A stretch of 64,000 nucleotides of DNA from Balanoglossus misakiensis (lineage: Eukaryota > Animalia > Hemichordata). The notes below the pieces were generated by a model. It had not been told where the DNA came from. It saw nothing but the letters and a program-made list of their open reading frames with translations, and made no database searches. The translations under genes were made by a program, and so were the position numbers. The stretch covers positions 8,328,425-8,392,424 of the forward strand of contig CM082582.2 of the NCBI GenBank assembly GCA_040954595.2, written 5' to 3'. Positions 1 to 14,300 of the stretch are shown piece by piece; position 1 is the stretch's first letter, and every line of letters begins with the position of its first letter.

Positions 1-3000
1 AATCACTTCTGATTGGTTGGCTCCGGTCTGGATTGTGACACGCGGGTGCCAACCAACCAATTCGCAGCTGTCTTCCAGAAAACGGCAAGATGCACAGAAA
101 TGCTTCTGCGATGGTGTTCTTTTGTGAGGATAGAGACTGACTCTTGAGAATACACAAACTAATCAGCAGATTGGATGTAAAGGATATTATTGCAAAGAGT
201 AATAAAAAAAGTACGCCACTTTTTAACATTCATGATACGATTAAACTGAAGGATATTTTTTTGCTTATCCGTTGTTAATGACCTTTTCTTTTTATAATAT
301 TACATACATGTACTTTCAAAATTATTTATATCTGCCCAACATCGTTGCATATTACACAATTTTACTTTTCAGCTGTAAAAAATCAACACTGACATGCTCG
401 TAAATAATTCAGAAGTGCATGGCCACATTGCTCTAAACCCATCAATCAGCCCGTACGTGATAAGAATGAAAGTACATATCAGATGCTCTAGCGCATGTAT
501 GTCAATGACACTTAACCCATTTTCCCAACATCGTGATCTGAGCGTACATATTGTTTGCGACAGCGTCCCATGCACGGAAAGATGACTGGATGATTTCACT
601 TGTGCACGTTCCGCTTCCAAGGGCCGCGCATTTGACGGGATATATTGGCTTCATCATGACGATCCTGCTACTACAAGACGGTGTGACATTTCCGATGATA
701 AAATTTCAGCACTTGTTAAAGTGAGCAGTAAACATCGGCCTGGCAGTTGGCAGGGGAGGGGGAGGGAGGTTACAAATCACCAGGGATTCTTCTGCCGTTG
801 GTTTTATAATGGCTCATAAAATATCATTGAATTGAACGCTCTGAATGCACAGTTGGCTGTCTATGGTGCAGTGCGTACTGGCTGCAAATTGATTCGTTCA
901 TATTGATTTCCGTGGGGGGTCAATTGACTTCCCAGAAAAATGGAGCAGTGGGGTCAAATCAATTAAGAGCCCCCATCTTGGCAAAAAAAGAACATCCATC
1001 TTTTAAATAATAGTTTCACCTGTGATTTCATTTAATCGACTTAATTGGAATATTACATGTGCTCAACAAAGCGACATTATTTGGCATGCTGACTCCACTT
1101 TATGACCTCGACCCCTCCACCTCCCCCTCCCACCCCCCTCACTAGCTTATTAATAAATACATTAATGTAAATTCACTCTCTCTCACTGACCCCACAAATG
1201 CAATTTTTTTAAAAATATGATTAAACTTTAATAACTTGCTAATTGAATTTTAACTCAAGGTGGGGTCAATTATAGACTGAGCACCCCTATTGGAGAATGG
1301 CACGACATGTGAAGTGACTGAAATTTTGTGAGTAGACAGGCTGAAATTATTTTTTCCAACTCTGATTATGAAATTTTCAAATTTGTTGGGAATACTTCAC
1401 ATTGACTGGAATTGAGGTGTACTATGAACAGAGATTTAATACTTTTTATTTCATACATAAATAAGTTGTTTTTAGTGTCAGTGACTCATTGCAAAGTCAC
1501 CCTGTCCTTTCTAACTACAATTTGAACATACGAAAGTAGAATGTTCATGCCCACATAAAACCTCATGAATTTTGTTTTTTATGATAGCATGGAGCCAGAG
1601 ACAAAATTCAGTGCTTTAGCCTCGATTAAAGTAATTATGTAAGACAGCAAGCCCGACCTTGGAATAGAAAAGAATGACCATTAAAGAGCTTTCAGGAAAC
1701 TATCACACCTGCTTAATTTTATAGCAGGATTGACTTTTATCCAAAGTTGCTATATTGGGATGGTCATTAGTGAGCTGGGTAGTACACTATTAATATTAGC
1801 ATATCTCACAGCTATATTAACAAATACAATATTTCACTTTGGCTTTGAATTTTCTTTCATTTGATATTAATCTGAATCTTTTTTTTCTGACAAACTGTAT
1901 GCAATAGAAGTACCAGATATGATGCCTTTATGAGTCTAGTTATGGCTACACTATGGGTCTTAACATTGGATTAAAAATCAAGTATTGTAACCTGATAGCC
2001 AATCAGAGAGCATGATACAGACATTTAAAAGTCACAATGAGCCAATTAAACATAGCTCAACATCTGGGCATTTCTACAGAATAGTGAAATAAGAAAGAAA
2101 ATGGTCATTGACCAATTCCAACGAATGTTTCCACATCCAACGTAATGATGATTACATCTCATGGCATATTGCCGTAATTAAAACTGCTACACTGAATTTC
2201 AATTACCGAAATACATGAATTACAGCGCAGACCACCCTGTTACAAAGCGGAGACGTCAATTCTGTGATAATTGACGGGATTTTCTGACTTAACGTGCACG
2301 GACGAATCCAGATAACGAGTTGGTGACAGAAAAATGCACAATTGATGGTTCCATAGATGTACATTTTCGCTATTCATCACATGTTGTTAAGGATGAGATA
2401 ATTCCCTGTAAAACTCGGATAATGATTCATTAAAATGTTCAAATCAATGACTACCCGAGTGTAAATTTGCTTTATTACAGTTTTTTAGATTTTATAATAC
2501 CCCTCAGTTAGCCTTTCACACATTCGCATTTCCTGATATAAAATTGACAACTTGACCTTGATGTTACGTAACTCGGACGGCTCTTTTTTTAATCACCTTC
2601 GGGCGACCAGTCAAATTCCCGGAAAACGTGCTAGGTGATTGGTTGTGGCAACGCCGGCAGGCGTTTTTCACAATAAGCAAAGATGCTATCTGTCTGATGC
2701 TACTGGTAGCTGAGTGGTTATCAATGAGAGACGAAGAGTCCATCAAATAAGAAATACCATGGGACCTGTATATGTAATTGTGGCGTGCATCCGACACATT
2801 TTCGCATTTAATGTAATTTTCCACAGTCCGCGTGAATGTAAGGACCTTGATCCCCAGTTGGTTAGAAGCTGCCCATGATTAAAATTTCCTTTTTCAAAAA
2901 AAATGCTATGGGTAATTGGAAGCTTTAAACTCCACTTTTCTATTCTGGTAGCACTGCTTCCAAATTAAGCAAGCAAAGTTCTGACCATGCATAACTTACA

Positions 3001-4529
3001 CCAATCAATCAGTTCGGTATAAAACTACGACTTAAAATCTCTCCCTTTAATTTCCACTAGGTTTTGAAACTCCAGAGTAAATTCGACTGTGCAAATGCAC
3101 CGATGTCAATTTGAGGGAATACAAATCTTGACATCCAAAACTGAAATAATTGTTGGCGTGGCAATATCTTCATCCAAGACAAATACAAGAAATGAAGTGA
3201 AAATGTTTAAACCATCCCTGTTGTATCTGAAAACCTGTTTAAACTGAACACTTTTCTGTTAATCCTCTTTTCAGCTGTAAAAAATCAACTAACGTTTCAT
3301 TCAAAAAAAATAATATTTCTTAATGAGAAATATGGAAGAACTTTCTTATCATTGCATGATCATACATGTACATGCAAAAAGTGATGATAAAAACAGCAAT
3401 GAGAGAACATCCTGTTTTTCTTCTTGGTTTCCAAAGATAGCATGGAATTTAAAAATTTGGAGGACTATCATTTTTCTGATTATTTGTCCCCAAGGCATGT
3501 ACGGTACTACCTTAAATGGGATAGAAATTTCAACCTACATGTATATTGTAGAGTTCAAAGCCCACAGCTTTTCAGACTCATCCCCACCACGTTCTCCTGA
3601 CACTTTTTTTTTATTTCCTGTGGTTTGTGGGGGACAAATTACAGAAACGAAGCTTCAGCACACCGAGGGAGATATGCATTTCCGGGGCTATTAGTCAAAA
3701 AATGGCATTTTTCTTTTGTCTCCAAGGGAAGGTCATTCAGTCGTCACAGATGAGGCTTCGCTTTGTGGTGTTATAAAGACCATTTTGGAAATCGATTTAA
3801 TGAGGTCTGTAGAGCGGGTGACCTTCGCGGACATTATCCAACCACTACAATAGGCACCATATGAGATATGAAACACTATAGCTGACACTACCTGGCCACG
3901 CCTTGAAATCGCACGAGAGATAATTTCTGTGAATTTCTGTAACTTTGCAGAAGGAGTAATAATGTTACAAATAAAAATTGTCTGTTATTATTTACTAGTC
4001 TTTCATGATAAATGTTTAAAAAAATCAGCACCAGAGTCATGATTGCAGATTTTTATACTTCAACCTTTAAACTCTTACAAAATGAGCTCAATTCCAAACA
4101 GGTTTTTCTTGCTTTGCTTCCAGCCTACTAAACAACCAGAAGGAGTGGGAAAACCTCTTCCGGACCATCTTCCTTTCCGGCATCAAAACCAAACTTGTGC
4201 ATCCTGTCGTAACCTTGGCATGAACACCAAAAGTGAGGAAAAAAACAGCGTGCGATGACATCTCTTGTAGACAAGTGGCCTTTGACTTCAACGGAGAAAA
4301 CACAACACAGGAAATACACGTCACAGTTGTCTATTTTAAGCAACTGAAATGTTTGTCAGAAGTCCTACAAATGACAATATTCAAAGGCATCCTCTGTCAG
4401 GAATTTTGTTGTGGTCGACGGAAGTCTTGTCAACATCATTTATTCCAAGCCTAAAGTACATGTCACAGTTGTCTTGACCAAAAGATGAGAAAAAGTTTAA
4501 GACTATATTTTTGGCACATACTACCGTAA

Positions 4530-4614
4530 CCCTTCCACCCCCAGTTCCGTCTATAGAGATCCAACTTTACCATAGAAAATAATGGATTTGGACCAAACCA
4601 TGGTGGTGAAAGGG
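4530..4614. mobile_element. ~85-bp piggyBac-type MITE, copy C (opposite orientation)
   Basis: gTAA|CCCTT...ccaactttaccatagaaaataatggatttggaccaaaccatggtggtgaaaGGG|TTAA; reverse-complement match to copies A and B. Confidence 0.72.
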
Positions 4615-6219
4615 TTAAATACAAAATGTAAATGGGCACAGACAGAGAAGCTCTGCTTGACTACAGTTCTACATCAAGGCAGATCCTTATGTGAGACAGG
4701 AACGTTGATAGTCTGAAAGAATTTCCCTTTGATGTCTTTCTCTGAGAAACTCAAATAATAATCTGGCACTGCCAAGCTCAACGTTGAATTACGGAAGGAA
4801 CTACACAAAGAGAAAAAAGTGCAATTATACTGGTAATTTGGTTTCTGATTGCTGATAGAAAGTAGGGCTAAGGATTGCATCCTATGACTACCTTCAAGAA
4901 GACACCACTAAACTGCAGGAGTTTTTCTTCTCCTATTTCAAAACTCAGTGTGTGACACTGTTTTCCTCGAAACCAGGACACGGGGGCCGGTATTGCAAGA
5001 AGTCAAGCTGCCAGAATAATAAATCTGATAGAAAACTACACTTCTCCTTCCGACGCTCTGATCAATTTGACACCATCATCAACTGCGCTGCCCTCTATTT
5101 CCCTTTATCCCCCCAGAAAATATCAAAGTTGAAATCATTCGCGTACTCTTCTGCCCCCATTTTTCAGTTTCTCTTTCCTTTTCACACTGGAAATGTCACA
5201 TCCCTGCTATTACCACCCTCTTCAAAAATTAACGCTCTTCAAATTCCAATAATTCTTTTATTACAGTTAGTTTTTTTCTTTCATCCTTTGTTGTATGTCT
5301 TCAAAGAACTCCGGGCATCACATGCAAAATCTGTCGCCGCGGGCAACCCATGAAATCTACCTAATCACGCATCCTGCACTGTCCGCACTTCACACAGACG
5401 AATTCACACATGGAAGAAATCGTCACAAAATGTCAGGATAATTGAGGGTGAAATTTCTAATACTTCTATCATCCTGCCAAGGATTTTCGTTGCACACTCG
5501 CTGCGTGCCCGTCTGTCTGGCTCAATACATCTCCACTCTTCAAACAAATGTTGATTCCTCCTACTCAGCGTGTTGCATCTTAAGTTGAAGACACGGAAAT
5601 GACTGTGAGATATTCGACTTTCAGGTGGTGGCTTTTAAAGTATGGAGATTTTGAATGAATGTGAACATGAAGGGTTTGAAATTACTCTTTGTACTGCACT
5701 GTTTTTTGCATGTACAATAGCAAAACATGATGAAATAGTTTTCTTTGGTCCCTCCAATTTTTGAAGTACGGTGTACATATCAACTTCCATAACCACCAAG
5801 GTGGGTATACCCCCCGCATTCCTCATCCACACAAACCAACCCACCAATTTTTTATTAATCACCGACAAATCCCAGAGTTTTCTTGCCCATCTCATTGAAA
5901 CCAACAAAGCAGACAAGGTGACAGCAGACACGCCAAGGTTAAATGCATCCTTCCACTCCGTGTTCATTCCGATTAAATTACTCAAAAACTAATCTTCATT
6001 CTGAGACACACCAGGTAGCGTTATAAATACATACAAGGCCACGTATTCTCATGCGAGATGTAAAATGTGGGCTCCATCTGGTGACTGAAGGTAGCCTTCT
6101 AAATTGCCCCGCCATTTCCAAGAATCCAATGACACTGTTGTCTCCGCTGTTGCTATGGTTACCACACATAAACAACTTTCACTGTGTTTGACTTCCGAAG
6201 TCATATTTCGACACGAGTA

Positions 6220-6400
6220 CAGTGAATCCTGTATAAACTCAACCCTGTGAAATCTGAAAACCTGACTATACCGAACACATTTTCCAGCCCCCTCTCCAAG
6301 AACCACGTGTTAAAAGCTAAGAACCTCTCTAAAATGGACACCTCTGCAAACAAACAATATCTTCAGTCCCTTTGGTGTCCACTTTAGACAGATTTAACTG
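6220..6400. mobile_element. Tc1/pogo(Tigger)-type MITE
   Basis: TA|CAGTGAATCCTGT...ACAGATTTAACTG|TA: imperfect TIR with TA duplication. Its right end recurs at ~17921-17977 (agtccctttg.tgtccacttt.agac.gattt.actgta) and an internal piece at ~3225-3258. Confidence 0.6.
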
Positions 6401-7349
6401 TACTGTGCAGGCCCGGGTTTCATGCGCGGTTGAGCAAATCACAGATAACCTGCAGTGATGTGAGCAGGCCCGTGTTTGATTGCATCACCCTTGATAGCTG
6501 GCGAAATGGGAATTTACACATATTGGGGGGAAATACATGCTGGTTTGACATTTCCAACTTCCACTGTGTCTATCGAGTGGAAATAATGAAGCTAAGTGAC
6601 GAACAGGGTTGTCGATATTTTGGTTTGATGTTACGTACAACGTGCATGCAACTTTCCACCAGTGGTGGGCAGTCCAAACGTCAACTGGACACTGTCAACT
6701 ATTCCCATGGCAACGGTGAAACAGGCCACCCACGAGTTTTACTGAGAAAAGAATAAAAAGAGCAGATAGAACCACCATTTGCAGAAGTCCTTGCTCAAAA
6801 CATTTCACAACCCAGTCTTGGACAGCTAGTCCGATAAATTACAAGTTGACCGACATTTACAACCAGGCCAATAAAATCGGTGAATCAGGCCAACGGAGAT
6901 TTTGCGAGACGAGGGAATTAAACAACAACAGCTTGAAATGGCAAAGGTAGAAATCACCACACCGTCGATTTCAGACTCAATTCTCGGTTTGTTGGCAAAA
7001 ATGACAATTCTCCATTTGCGACCGTCCCCCATGGAAATCACCAACGAAGCCAATATAATGGAAGGTGACGTTGATAACCGACCTCTGTGTTTCGCGTTCT
7101 GCAAAGACGCAAAGGTCGACGGCACCCGGGCGAGGAACGAAACACTCTGAATCAAGCGATATCATGTCAATCGGATTCAGAGCAAATTCAATTTTGCAAT
7201 CTGGTTTCCTGATCACTTTGCCGTTGACCTGCTCTGTGTAAAGGTTAGGATTGGCAGGGCGATTTAACACCTACATAAAGCTATCTTTCTGGCAAAGCAT
7301 TTCCTGATTTAAATTGGCTCCTTTACATTCACCCGGGGTGAGAAAAAAA

Positions 7350-7600
7350 AAACCTTCTCCTCGAACGAAATCACAATAATGCGGAGGAAAAACAACACGA
7401 TTCGCAGAAATCACTGTGGCAGTGGAGGGAATATCACAGCTGCAAGTCTTAACTTGAAATTGACTCCGTCATTCACGTGTAGTAATGAAAGCAAAACAAC
7501 ACCTCCTCATTCAATGAAATTCACAGCAGTGATGTGGAAAACAACAAAATTCACAGAAATTACTCTAGCACTGGAGGGAACTTCACAGCTGCAACTTTGA
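7350..7600. repeat. Diverged two-copy tandem duplication, ~150-bp period
   Basis: ggaaaa(a)caaca..attc.cagaaat.act.t.gca.tggagggaa..tcacagctgcaa at ~7386 and ~7536. Confidence 0.8.
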
Positions 7601-8149
7601 AGGGTGCACACGGAATGGAAACTTCTTGTGATGAATGAGTGGAAATCAAAGAACTGCCCCTTTTCTGATTTCTACAAATGAGGCTCAGACTTTCTATTTA
7701 TAAAATCACCAATACCTGCTGCAGGAGACTTTATCAAACATATGAGATAGTATACAGATTTCAGCATCCACAGAACTATCAATTACTCGAGGCAGTTCTA
7801 TAATCTTCCAGCTTTTAATATTTCCACTTAAAATTCATCTGATTGGGTAACATTTTTTCTCTCTATAACAAGTTGTAACAGATCCCAGCATGGAGAGCAT
7901 ATGTAACCAAATCAATCCACAAGTTAGGAAGAATTGTCATATAATATTCACTCTTTTTTTTATTACTCAGAGGAAATATTGACTATCTCTTTACATTGAT
8001 AATTAGTTGTCACAAAAAGCATGTACAGGACCTGAACAACACGTATTTATTTCAATTCACACATGAAAAGCTTTTATGTACATGTAGTTACAATCAAACA
8101 CAGTCAGCTACACTATTTCTTTCAGCTCATCAAACCCATTTACAACATA

Positions 8150-8312
8150 TAGTCAAACCTATGTGTAAGTGGCCATGGTGTATAGTGGAAACTTGTCTAT
8201 AGTGGCCACTTTGTTACAGTCCATGTGCAATTCAGATGTGCATTAATGGACCTGTCTATAAAGGCCAGTTTAGAAAAGTCACTTGATTGGACGCTATACA
8301 CAGGTTTGACTG
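8150..8312. mobile_element. Tc1/pogo(Tigger)-type MITE, degenerate
   Basis: TIR AGTCAAACCT(8151)...AGGTTTGACT(8311); internal subrepeats of tgtctata(g/a)..ggcca. Confidence 0.6.
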
Positions 8313-11300
8313 GACATGAGTTCACTGAGATCTGTGACTATTCAGTTTTCTTTTGTGGAAATCGCTAAAAACGTGCGAATTGGCGGCTGGGATAAGTTCT
8401 TCGCTAATTACATTATGATGTTCACAGTCTGTTTTAAGGCTCTTGAAAATTGAGGATCTGGGTGAGTAAAGAGATGTACATGTACTGACACTCGATGACT
8501 TGTCTCTCACATTTCAAGAACCTCCTCAGAAAACCCGCACCAGCTGGGGTCGTCTAGAACCTGAAACATCATCATGAGCTCGATCAGGTCTGCAAATGTC
8601 ATGATCCGATGAGACAGCAAGAGAAAGAATGGATTTGTCTGCATCTATGAAATATCTGGAAAATATTCCAGGACAAATGAAGAGATCTGTGACCAAGTTT
8701 TCTCTGCGGTCATCAATAATTTAGAGATGACCTTTTCCAGAGAAACGATGTCACTCTTAAGAGTGACATTTTGATTCTTCAAAGGCATGCAAAGCTCTTC
8801 ATCCGTTTAGGATGAAGGATGATCACTTCTGTAGCCTGCATCGATTCCGAGAACTTTAAACTTCACAACACCTACGCACTTTGAAAATCACCGACCAGCA
8901 CAGATAGTGTTGTCTCGGATGAACACACACGTGTACAGGGTACATGTGTTTAGTACGAGAGAGAGAAAAAGTACTAGCATCAAGATAGGTCAGTGTGCCC
9001 TTGAATTAAGTTCTCGCAGATGGTCACCATATTGCAGTCAAACACTATGCGTTCAGTCTACAAACTGGGTTTGATTTTTTTCGCGAATTTTCAATGCAAC
9101 TGCAAAGTCATCAGAGTGATACACACAACATTCCATTGTTGACCCGATAATGATATCTCGTGATACTGTTACATGGCATACAAACACGTAAAACATCAGG
9201 ATTCATTGAGGTTCGGTGAGAGGATATCTAAAAACAGAAAATAGCAGACATTTCAAGAAAGTTGTGATAGCTATTTGTGGGGCGAAACTCAACAGGAAAT
9301 AATGGAGCATTTCCAAGGAAGTGTGGGGAAAAATATTTAGAAAGGGTTTTTGCCTGGATGTATGAAAAAGAGAAATTAAATGTTCATCATTGCATTCCCC
9401 AATACTCAGCCTTTCAAACAATACATACTTTGTAGAGGTTCCCATTTGCAAAATCTTTTTTCTGGAAAAAAAATATTTCAGATGTCAGTTAACTAATTAT
9501 TTTACGTCTTTTGTGGAATGACAATGTGTTGCTAACTGCAGTTGGATGGGCTCCTTGTAATGACTATGTACCTCGTGTCTGCAACATGTCAAGCTCACAC
9601 GTGTCATTCCCAGTGAAGCCTGACGCATGCACCTTCAGGCTTTCCACATGTACATCACGACTCACACTGACGCGTGCCTTTCACGTATGCGCTCACTGCG
9701 ACCTGTTCCTTTCGCATACCCTGGCTTTCGGGTCACGTTGTAGAACCATCACTGACAGTCAAAAAAATGTCAAAACCTCAAGCCGATAAATTCCTTTCCA
9801 CCCTACCACCTTAAACAACCAAACAAGACACGGCGAACGTCTCATGTCAGAAAAAGAAAATCACCGCCTTCTGCTCTGATAGTTGAGAGTGATTTGATCT
9901 GCCACAGATCTCCTTACATTTAAATCTGATCTATACCAGGAAATCGCGCAGAATGCTGGTGGATGAAACTGAAGCTGCAGAGAATAAAAGAAGATGAAGC
10001 TTCTTTTATTGAGGAAAATGATGCAACATGATGCAAGAAAAGCCTGAATTCACGTTTCAGCACTTTTTTTCTATTTGTGGCCAGAGTATAAAAGAGCAGT
10101 TTTAACACAACATGAAGTCAACAACGGCACATTTATGCCCAGATAGCAAAAGGATTATCATTTTTAGGATTTTCAGCAACACTTTATTTATATTCGACAG
10201 AACAATGTGATTTAAATCGGTATACCCTCAAAGAACGGCCGATCTGGTGTGAAAAAATCAAATCAGGGACTATTAGTCAGAGGGACAAATGGCACGTTTT
10301 TTAAGATTACACTCATACAAAGAGTTCATAATGGCAAACAGCAGCTGTTGTTCTGTTATAAGCTTTTAAAACCTCTGTGCCTTTTTATCTCTTTAAATAC
10401 TTAAAATTAAAAAAACTCACACCACATCTATGCTGACATACATTTTGATTTTTAAATTCGCCGCAAAAAGATGCCTTTTTAGGCCACAGAGAATTAAATT
10501 TTAATTTTTTTGTGTGTGTGGTGATATACTCTATGCGGACAGCCTGGCTTGGAGATAAAAGATTAATCCCTATAACTGTGCAGTGTTGTTACATAAGCTC
10601 TGAATAGAATAACACGTTTAACCTTGAAATCAATGGAGTGGCTGACAAAGGAAGAGATGAGATGAATATGCAGACACCCCCAGCAGCATTCATGCCACAC
10701 ACACAAGAGAACAGAAGAGTTGCAGAGCTTTTTTGCCAGCCATCGGAAGGAAGCATCCCAAGTTATGCGGGGTCAGTGCTGGGGCAGCCCAGTTAGTACA
10801 GGTCATTGCCGATCCTCATGTGTAACACAGTTAGTGGGCGACGTATTAAAACAACACCCGATGTTTAACTACACGGTTCTATTTTAAGAACCACTTTTTT
10901 TTTTACATATACATGGTTTTTTTTCAGTCATCGGACTATAACTTAAAAAATAAAACCAGGAAGTTTTCCTGGTCGGCGAAAAAACCACAGAGACCGGACG
11001 GGACCATGAAAGCAGAAACTGGACACTTCCACAACAGGCTAGACACAAAAGGATAGGGTATCCTGTTGTTCCCTGGCTTAATCACTGCTGGGATGTTAAA
11101 AAGCCCTCTTTTTATTATGTGGGTCTAATCAATCTATCCCTGCTAGCATTCATTAAATTTACATATATAACAAGCTTATCCAATTGATTATTCCTATGTA
11201 AATAAAGCAGGGAACAGTTAGGTTTGCCCTTCTGGAATTAGACAAACAGTATTTGGCTGGAAATCTCTTTGTCTGACAGATTCCCATCCCTTTGCCAATT

Positions 11301-14300
11301 AGAAGATTTCTTAGAAAGCTAGGATCACCAAGACTAGATAGGTGTTCTGAAACGACGTCGGAGGTCAACCTGGGCCAGTCGTTATGTGACACCCATACGC
11401 CTGCCTGGCTCACAATTTTACATCGTCAATAAATAATGCACTGGGTGCTTTCACTCTATGTACTGTGGGGACACTTCCTAGTTTGACCTTGCCGTGTAAC
11501 CTAATTATAAGTTTTTTTAGAGAGAATCCTAGGCCCTTTGGTAAATTTTTTTCTCGCTCTCTGACTATCAGTAGAATGTAGGTCTCCCTCTGAAAAGCCA
11601 CGTCACGGAGATAACCCAGCCTTGAACTTCGCCAGCTGAAACGCACACAAAGAGGCACTGGGTAGCGGGGCAGGCATCTACGCGCACCACCTGGCTACCG
11701 CTTTGTCGGAGGAAACAATCTAGACCGGAATCAAACAATGTAAACACAGTTCATCTGATTGACCTCCTTTCATTATTCATCAACCCCCCCCCCCCCCCCT
11801 CCTCACCCTCCCTCTGAATCAACTTTCAGAACTGGAAGGTAAAATCTGGCAAACTACCAAAGTTTAAAATCCAAGTTCATTGGAGTTAATGGCCGCAGTG
11901 AAGCCACAGTCATTGTCTGTGTGAATGACAAGTCGGATAACAGCAAACCATCATTGTCCATCAGTGTGACTCTGTGTGCCCTTTTATCAGTCCAGCTCCC
12001 CCCTCCCTCTTTCTCTCCTCCCCACCGAGGGCTCCCCTCTCGGATGACACAAGATAAACAAGATGGGTATATTCACCTTCAGTTGTAAATCTCGATTATA
12101 GTTCTGCTGGATAACATGGTGAATCTGTGCATTGCCCATGCCGCCACTGTGTTACGGTGTCGTCTTAATCTCCATACAGTTACGTTTAGCTCACACTACA
12201 CACACACTACAGTGAGTCACAGCGGATCACTTCACAAACACTGACAAGTGACTGAATGTCTGTGTCAATAGCCGCTTTATTATTCCCTATTATACACAAC
12301 TCCTGACCTTTTATGTAAATGAGTTTGACCCGGGCACGACTTGTATGTGCGGCTTCCAAACAATGCCACTGGTGTGTGCAACCTAACACTCTAACGCATG
12401 AATGAATAATCATCCTCTCTTTTTTTAAGGCAGATGAGTTAATCTGGCAAGTTAGGGGTTGGTCTTCCCGACTGCTTCCCCATTCATTAATTAATGCACT
12501 GTGTGTAAAACTATGTCTGTGGTTCGGCATCGCCCACTCCGATTCTCGCCGATCCTCTCAAGACCGTAATAGCGCACATTCCTGGTCAATGCTCAGACAT
12601 TGAACCTTATGACTGAGGGTCATACCACTTAAGGGTGGGTGTGACTGGCCACCACCAACTGAGGGGCACATGACACCAATTAACAGCAATGTGACTACTT
12701 TTGTTTTCTGTAATGATAATATCCGGCTCGCACTGAGCTGCGAAACTGGCAAGTACCTGGTGTCTGCCATTATCAGATGGATCAGATCCTCAGAAGACAA
12801 ACAATGCAGACATAACTAGACAACTACTATCACCACGGAGAAACTAACAAACAAAAGACAATCCACTGTCGTGCCACATCTTCACCCACTATGACTCAAC
12901 CAACCAGGAAACCCTCAAACTGACCTACATGTTACACGTGTATACAGCATTTGCATCCCCCCTCATTTTCTCAGATAATAGACTAGTCTCACCCTATTCT
13001 ATGCCTGCTCATTATTTCGTATTTATAAAAAAAAAACTAGGATGGCAGTTGCCATGTAACTGACCATCCGCACTTTAAAGATAAATATTTACGACACAAT
13101 TTTATCATTTGATTGTCCGATTGTCTTTCTGATTTTACAAAAATTATTTTTTTACGGTTTACGTAACTGTGGTCTCAATGGTTTAATTAAAGTACAAATT
13201 TATATCAGCTATATAATTTGATTTTAGAGATAGATATAATCGCTAGCTCGCACATACGCAAAAACACAAAATTAAAATTCCAATACAGTAGAATCAGGGA
13301 CGCAGAGATATTTCTTTTAGCCGACAAAAATAAGTGTACAGGTGGTTTTCTTTAGTAAGCTACCTGCAGAACAAAAGGTGTGTTTGAAAGGTAGGATTGT
13401 CCACCAGCCAGCAGTTTTTTTCCACGTACCTGTTATTATTATTTTTTACTACTGGATGTTTTGCATATCCCTGAGAGATGATGCAATGTGAAGATATAAA
13501 ATCTATTCAGATTATGTGATATTAATGGTTATTTGTACAAAATCTGTACTGGTACTCATGACAATACATGTTCATATCAACAGTGTGAATATAATTTTAA
13601 ATATATCTTTTTTATTCCCACATCAATTATCAAGGTGTAATTTTCTTCCAAACCTTTTACAGTGATACAGGTGTCAAGGTTTGCAGTACAAACCGCACCT
13701 TTCTTCTTTGGTCTGCTAAGCAATACTATTTCAATTTTCTTAAACACTCGATTTAATAATCACTGACGGTAAAAAATACCCAGTTGTACGGACATAGCTG
13801 CATTAGCACTTGGGTGAATGACTCTTCAAACTGTGTCTACTAATAAACCAATTAATTTTTTAGCCTGGGGGTTGTTCAGTGGAAACTGCAGATGGTACCG
13901 AGTAGCAGGTAAATGGCAGCTAAAAGCCCAGTGAACCCCTTTCACCCCTAGAAAATAATGGATTTTGCTCATCTGTCATTGTCTACATATCTGAGAGTGT
14001 GAAATTCTGTGTGTGATTTTTAAGGGAATAAATATACTTTCCAGTTGGGAATAATTTAAACAGGTCATGTTTTTGGTCATAATGTAAAATATAACTTCAA
14101 AATTTGACGATGCATGAAATCAGGCACTACCAAAGAACACAAGGCTGAACTGGTTGCCTGTTGCATAACCCCGTTTGTTTGAACACAGGGTCACACACAG
14201 CACAGTATCTGCTCACTGTTTACTCCCAGTGACAACAGATCAGTAGCCTACAAATCCCTGTATTTGTCTGGCAGACACAGGCTATCATAACAAAGGAAAT

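Noticed and set aside
5355-5412. Minus-strand mini-ORF MCEFVCVKCGQCRMRD with CxxC motifs as a further exon
   Set aside because: It ends in TAG just before the nearby GT, has a weak splice context, and is too short to support.
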